Below the pieces are notes generated by a model, which was given only the letters and a program-made list of their open reading frames with translations, ran no database searches and had not been told where the DNA came from. Source: an uncultured delta proteobacterium (GTDB lineage: Bacteria; Desulfobacterota; Syntrophia; Syntrophales; UBA5619). Taken from it: 64,000 nucleotides of DNA. Position 1 is the first letter of the stretch, and each line of letters opens with the position of its first letter. The position numbers were made by a program, and so were the translations under genes. Location of the stretch: the NCBI GenBank assembly GCA_963817385.1, contig CAWFOM010000015.1, forward strand, positions 1-64,000. The letters run 5' to 3'. This document shows positions 59,924 through 64,000 of the stretch, piece by piece.

Positions 59924-61747
59924 CTACATTTCCACCCGGGTCACGATCCCCTGCAGCCGGCTGGGGGGCAGCTTGCTGAACTGCACGAAATTGGGGGTGA
60001 GCCGTTTGATCAGGCTGAATATCTGCCAGATCGGATTGCGCGTCACGATATCCTCCACCCCGTAGAAGATGACCTTTTCCTTGATGCCGTGTTCCTTGAA
60101 CAGACCTTCGATATCGAGGATTTCGCGGTAGCCGGCCCGAACCTCGAAGGCCTCGAGACCCGGCCCCAGATCCTGCTTCAGATGCGCCGTGACGCCGAAG
60201 GGGTCCGCCGTCCGGGTGATGGAAATCAGGATGTTCCGGTCGTATATGATGTTACTCCGGAAGATATTGTGGACGATATACGGTGAAATCATCCGATAGT
60301 CGCGGCAGAAGAACAGGGCCGTCCCGGCGATGTTCCTTCCCAGCCGGTAGATCTGCTCGTAACTGATGAGAAACGTTTTCAGCTCCAACGGACGCAGGGC
60401 GTCATACAGCCGATGCTGTCCCTTCAGCCAGATGAGTATTGCGGTGAAGGGGAGGGCGGCCAGGATCAGCGACCAATAGGCGCCGTGGGGAATCTTGCTC
60501 AGGGTGGCGATAAAATACGTAAAGGCGATGCAGCTGACCATGACGGCGATGGGAATCTTCCACTTCATCTTGCGGATATGGGAAAACACCAGGATCATCA
60601 TCAGGCTTGTGATCGTCATCGATCCGGTGACTGCCATGCCGTAAGCTGCGGCCAGGTTCTCCGATCTCTGGAAGGTCAGCATCATGAAGATGACGGCGCA
60701 CATCAGCATCCAGTTCACGAAGGGGATGTAGATCTGGGTTTTCAGCTGGCTCGAAGTGTAGAAAACCTTCAGCAGAGGCATGATCCGCGTTGTGATGCCC
60801 TGGTAAACCACGGAAAAGGCCCCGCTGATGATCGACTGCGAGGCGATGATCGTCGCCAGGACCGTCAGGACGAGGAAGGGGATGTAGAGATAGGGCGCTT
60901 GATACTGGACCATGCCGAACAGGAGGGACTTTACCTCCGGATGCTGAAGTGCAAAGATCCCCTGCCCCATGTAATTGAGAAGGAGGGCGGCGAATACGAA
61001 GTACCAGGCATGGAGGATCGGTTTCTTGCCGAGGTGACCCATGTCGGCGTAGAGGGCCTCGCCGCCCGTGGCACAGAGGATGGCCTCGGACAGGACGAAG
61101 AATCCGGCGATGCCGTTTTCCTTGAGGAACTGGAAGGCGTAATAGGGGCTGACGGATCTGAGAATCCCGGGCATGGTTGTGACGGATATCATGCCCGTGA
61201 CCGCCAGGGAGAGGAACCAGACCAGCATGACCGGGCCGAAGGCCCCGGCGACCTTGTCCGTCCCCCGGGCCTGAAACGAAAAAAGCCCCAGGGCAATCAC
61301 CGCCGCGATCAGGATCAGGATCTCCGGCTGAAGGTTTTCCAGTCCCGGAATCAGCAGCATTCCCTCGACGGCGGACAGGAGCGTGATGGCGGGCGTGATG
61401 ACGCCGTCACCCAACAGCAGCGAGACGCCCAGGAAGGTAAGAAAGCCTGCGAAGGCGAGCTGCCGGCCGGGTTTGATCGTCTTACGCAGGATCTCCCGCA
61501 GCATGATCTCTCCCCCCTGTCCCTTATAGGGGAGGCTCATGGCGAGCCAGGCATACTCGACGGTCACGAGGGTCAAGAGAGTCCAGACGACGAGGGACAG
61601 GATGCCCAGGACGTTCGCTTCCGTCCTCGGTGTCAGGGTGAAAACGACGGTCAGGGTATAGAGGGGGCTTGTACCGATGTCGCCGAACACGATTCCCATC
61701 GAGCGGACGACGCCAATCCAGAAAGGTTCCCGTTTGTTATGTTTCAA
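59924..61747 (-). CDS. kup: Kup (KUP/HAK/KT) potassium transporter
   Basis: GIVFGDIGTSPLY, GDGVITPA, TGGEALYADMGH, QIYIP, AAAYG. Confidence 0.95.
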   Translation of the reverse strand: MKHNKREPFWIGVVRSMGIVFGDIGTSPLYTLTVVFTLTPRTEANVLGILSLVVWTLLTLVTVEYAWLAMSLPYKGQGGEIMLREILRKTIKPGRQLAFAGFLTFLGVSLLLGDGVITPAITLLSAVEGMLLIPGLENLQPEILILIAAVIALGLFSFQARGTDKVAGAFGPVMLVWFLSLAVTGMISVTTMPGILRSVSPYYAFQFLKENGIAGFFVLSEAILCATGGEALYADMGHLGKKPILHAWYFVFAALLLNYMGQGIFALQHPEVKSLLFGMVQYQAPYLYIPFLVLTVLATIIASQSIISGAFSVVYQGITTRIMPLLKVFYTSSQLKTQIYIPFVNWMLMCAVIFMMLTFQRSENLAAAYGMAVTGSMTITSLMMILVFSHIRKMKWKIPIAVMVSCIAFTYFIATLSKIPHGAYWSLILAALPFTAILIWLKGQHRLYDALRPLELKTFLISYEQIYRLGRNIAGTALFFCRDYRMISPYIVHNIFRSNIIYDRNILISITRTADPFGVTAHLKQDLGPGLEAFEVRAGYREILDIEGLFKEHGIKEKVIFYGVEDIVTRNPIWQIFSLIKRLTPNFVQFSKLPPSRLQGIVTRVEM

Positions 61748-61906
61748 GATTTATGATCCCGCATTCCGGTGAAAACTCGACACGACCCGGCCTGTAATGA
61801 ATGGTTCCCTCCAATATCACCGAACAATCCGGCGGTCAAGTCCTGCCAGGGCAACCGGAGCTATTCCCACCAGTCCGAGCGGTGGGAGCAGGCGGGCAAG
61901 CAGGTG

Positions 61907-61994
61907 GTGAATCCGCCAGCGAGCGCATTCCCCGCGGCTTGCTGCGGGGTAAGCGAGCAAAAAAGGATGGGGTTTTCCTCTTAAGGATCTTCAA
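61907..61994. repeat. REP-like element, family B copy 2 (second hairpin missing)
   Basis: GAATCCGCC.GCGAGCGCATTCCCCGCGGCTTGC.GCGGGGTAAGCGAGCAAAAA...TCTTAAGGATC shared with 8475-8591. Confidence 0.85.
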
Positions 61995-62063
61995 TCTCCC
62001 GAGCCCTCCCGGGGCGGTCAAATCCTTAACACACCCTGCCATACTTATGGTATATTTTTGGAC

Positions 62064-63866
62064 ATGGACCAGATCTTCAAACTTTCCGCCTTTGTCAGGC
62101 CGTACTGGAAACGGGCCGCCCTGGCCCTGGTCCTCCTGACGGCGCTCGTCTTCATGGATCTGGCGATCCCCCGGCTGGTCCAGCGGATCATCGATCAGGG
62201 GATCGGCGGGCATGACCAGGGGGTCGTCGTCCGGACGGCGCTTGCTGATGCTCGGCATCTCGCTTCTGAGCACGCTGTTCGCCGTCGGGAACAACATCCT
62301 CTCCGTGCAGGTCGGGGAGAGCGTGGCCCGCGATCTGCGCGATGCCCTTTTCACGAAGATCCAGACCTTTTCCTTCGCCAATCTGGATGAGCAGAAGACC
62401 GGCCGGCTGATGGTGCGCCTGACCAGCGACGCGAACGCCGTCCAGCGCGTGGCGCTGATCTCGCTTCGGATCGGCACGCGCGCCCCCCTGCTGATGATCG
62501 GGAGCCTCATCCTGATGATCAACACCAGCCCCCGGCTGGCCCTGGCCATGCTGCCGATTCTCCTCGTCACGTCGGCGATCATCGTGATCTTCGTGGGCAG
62601 GATGGAGCCGCTCTTCCGGTCCGTGCAGCAGAAGCTCGACGGTCTCAACACCGTCCTGCAGGAGAACATCGCGGGGGCGCGGCTGGTCAAGTCCTTCGTG
62701 CGGGCCGATTTCGAGGGCGAGCGCTTCGAGACGGCGAGCGAGGCCTTCACCGAGCGCTCGGTGCGGGTGATGCAGATCATGTCGACCATGTCGCCCGTCC
62801 TGACGATGTGCGTGAATATCGGCATCGTCATCGTCATCTGGGCCGGCGGCATCCAGTCGATCGAGGGGAATCTCTCCGTCGGGCAGATCGTCGCCTTCAC
62901 CAACTACCTGCTCACCACCATGATGCCGCTCATCATGATGACCATGCTCTCCAACATGTGGGCGAGCGGGATCGTTTCGGCCCGGCGCGTCAACGAAGTC
63001 CTGGATACCGTTCCCGACGTCCGGGACGCGCCGGACGCGATCGCCCTGCCCGAGACGGCGGAGGGGAGGCTCGTCTTCGAAAACGTCTCCTTCCACTACA
63101 ACGGCGCAAACGCCGAATCCGTCCTGGAAGGGATCAACCTGACGATCGAGCCGGGGCAGACCGTGGCTTTCCTCGGATCGACCGGCGCGGGAAAAACGAC
63201 GCTGGTCAACCTCGTGCCGCGCCTCTACGACGTCTCCGCCGGGCGGATCCTCCTCGACGGGATCGACATCCGCCGGCTCAGGCAGGACTCCCTCCTGGCC
63301 CAGATCGGGATCGTGCCGCAGGAGACGGTTCTCTTCTCCGGGACGGTGCGGGACAACATCCGCTACGGCGCCCCCGGCGCGAGCGACGAGGAGGTCGTCG
63401 CGGCGGCCAAGGCGGCCCAGGCCCACGATTTCATCATGGCGCTTTCGCAAGGGATACGACACCCATGTCGAAGAGCGGGGGACGAACCTCTCCGGCGGCC
63501 AGAAGCAGCGGATCGCCATCGCGCGGGCGCTCCTGACCCGGCCCACAGATCCTGATCCTCGACGACTGCACCAGCTCCGTGGACGTGGAGACCGAAACCC
63601 GGATCCAGGAGGCGCTGGAGGCGCAGATGCGCCGGCACACCACGCTCGTCGTGGCGCAGCGGATCAGCACGGTCCTGAAGGCCGACCGGATCGTCGTTCT
63701 CGAAAAAGGACGGATTGCAGCGGAGGGGACGCACGGGGAGCTGATGGCGGCAAGCCCGATCTACCGGGAGATTTTCGAATCCCAACTGGGAAACGACCTG
63801 CCCCGGAGGGAGCCGGCCGCGGGAGAAGGAAGCGCCGCTGCAAGCCCGGGGGAGAAACCGGCATGA
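62064..63866 (+). pseudogene. ABC half-transporter (permease plus ATPase, MdlA-like) with three +1 frameshifts
   Basis: [16 protein letters not shown] and LILDD lie in successive frames; shifts near 62242, 63450 and 63546. Confidence 0.85.
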
Positions 63867-64000
63867 AAACCCCGTCTCTCCGTCGCTACAGCGCCAATCT
63901 CCGCTCCGGGCCGCCGCCGCCCGCGCAGGGGATGCGGGAGAAGATCGAAGCGGCCCGCGATCCGCGCCACGCCCTCGGGCGCCTGCTGCCCTATCTGATC
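63863..64000 (+). CDS. Start of the probable partner ABC half-transporter (runs off the window)
   Basis: ATGA overlap; ...[19 protein letters not shown] is typical of MdlB-type N-termini. Confidence 0.6.
   Translation, partial: MKTPSLRRYSANLRSGPPPPAQGMREKIEAARDPRHALGRLLPYLI

Noticed and set aside
61748..61906. c-di-AMP (ydaO) riboswitch upstream of kup
   Set aside because: No ydaO consensus segments recognised on the - strand; only a possible TTGACC-17-GATATT promoter.

Overview
This is a 64-kb bacterial accessory/metabolic region. Gene content suggests an anaerobic deltaproteobacterium (Syntrophales/Desulfobacterota-like); that is inference only. I found no rRNA, complete tRNA, CRISPR array or intact mobile element. 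It holds about 55 CDS in short modules: GlcD/GlcF, DegP, MmgE/PrpD, an uncharacterised Fe-S gene pair, TctCBA, amidohydrolase-TRAP-cupin, two PEP-CTERM proteins behind a sigma54-like promoter, an orphan PilT, nitroreductases, AtuA/DUF4387-Dpp ABC-two-component system, PtsP-PFK, MFS transporters, and Kup with a kinase-less sensor. Features outside the ORF track include two class IIC group II intron remnants, one abutting a GNAT gene followed by attC-like sites (possible decayed cassette array). There are also two families of dispersed palindromic repeats, direct repeats bracketing an MFS gene, an FAH-gene remnant and a compact structured leader upstream of glcD. Four +1 frameshifts in two genes may be sequencing errors. 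All assignments come from motif recognition by eye; no searches were run.
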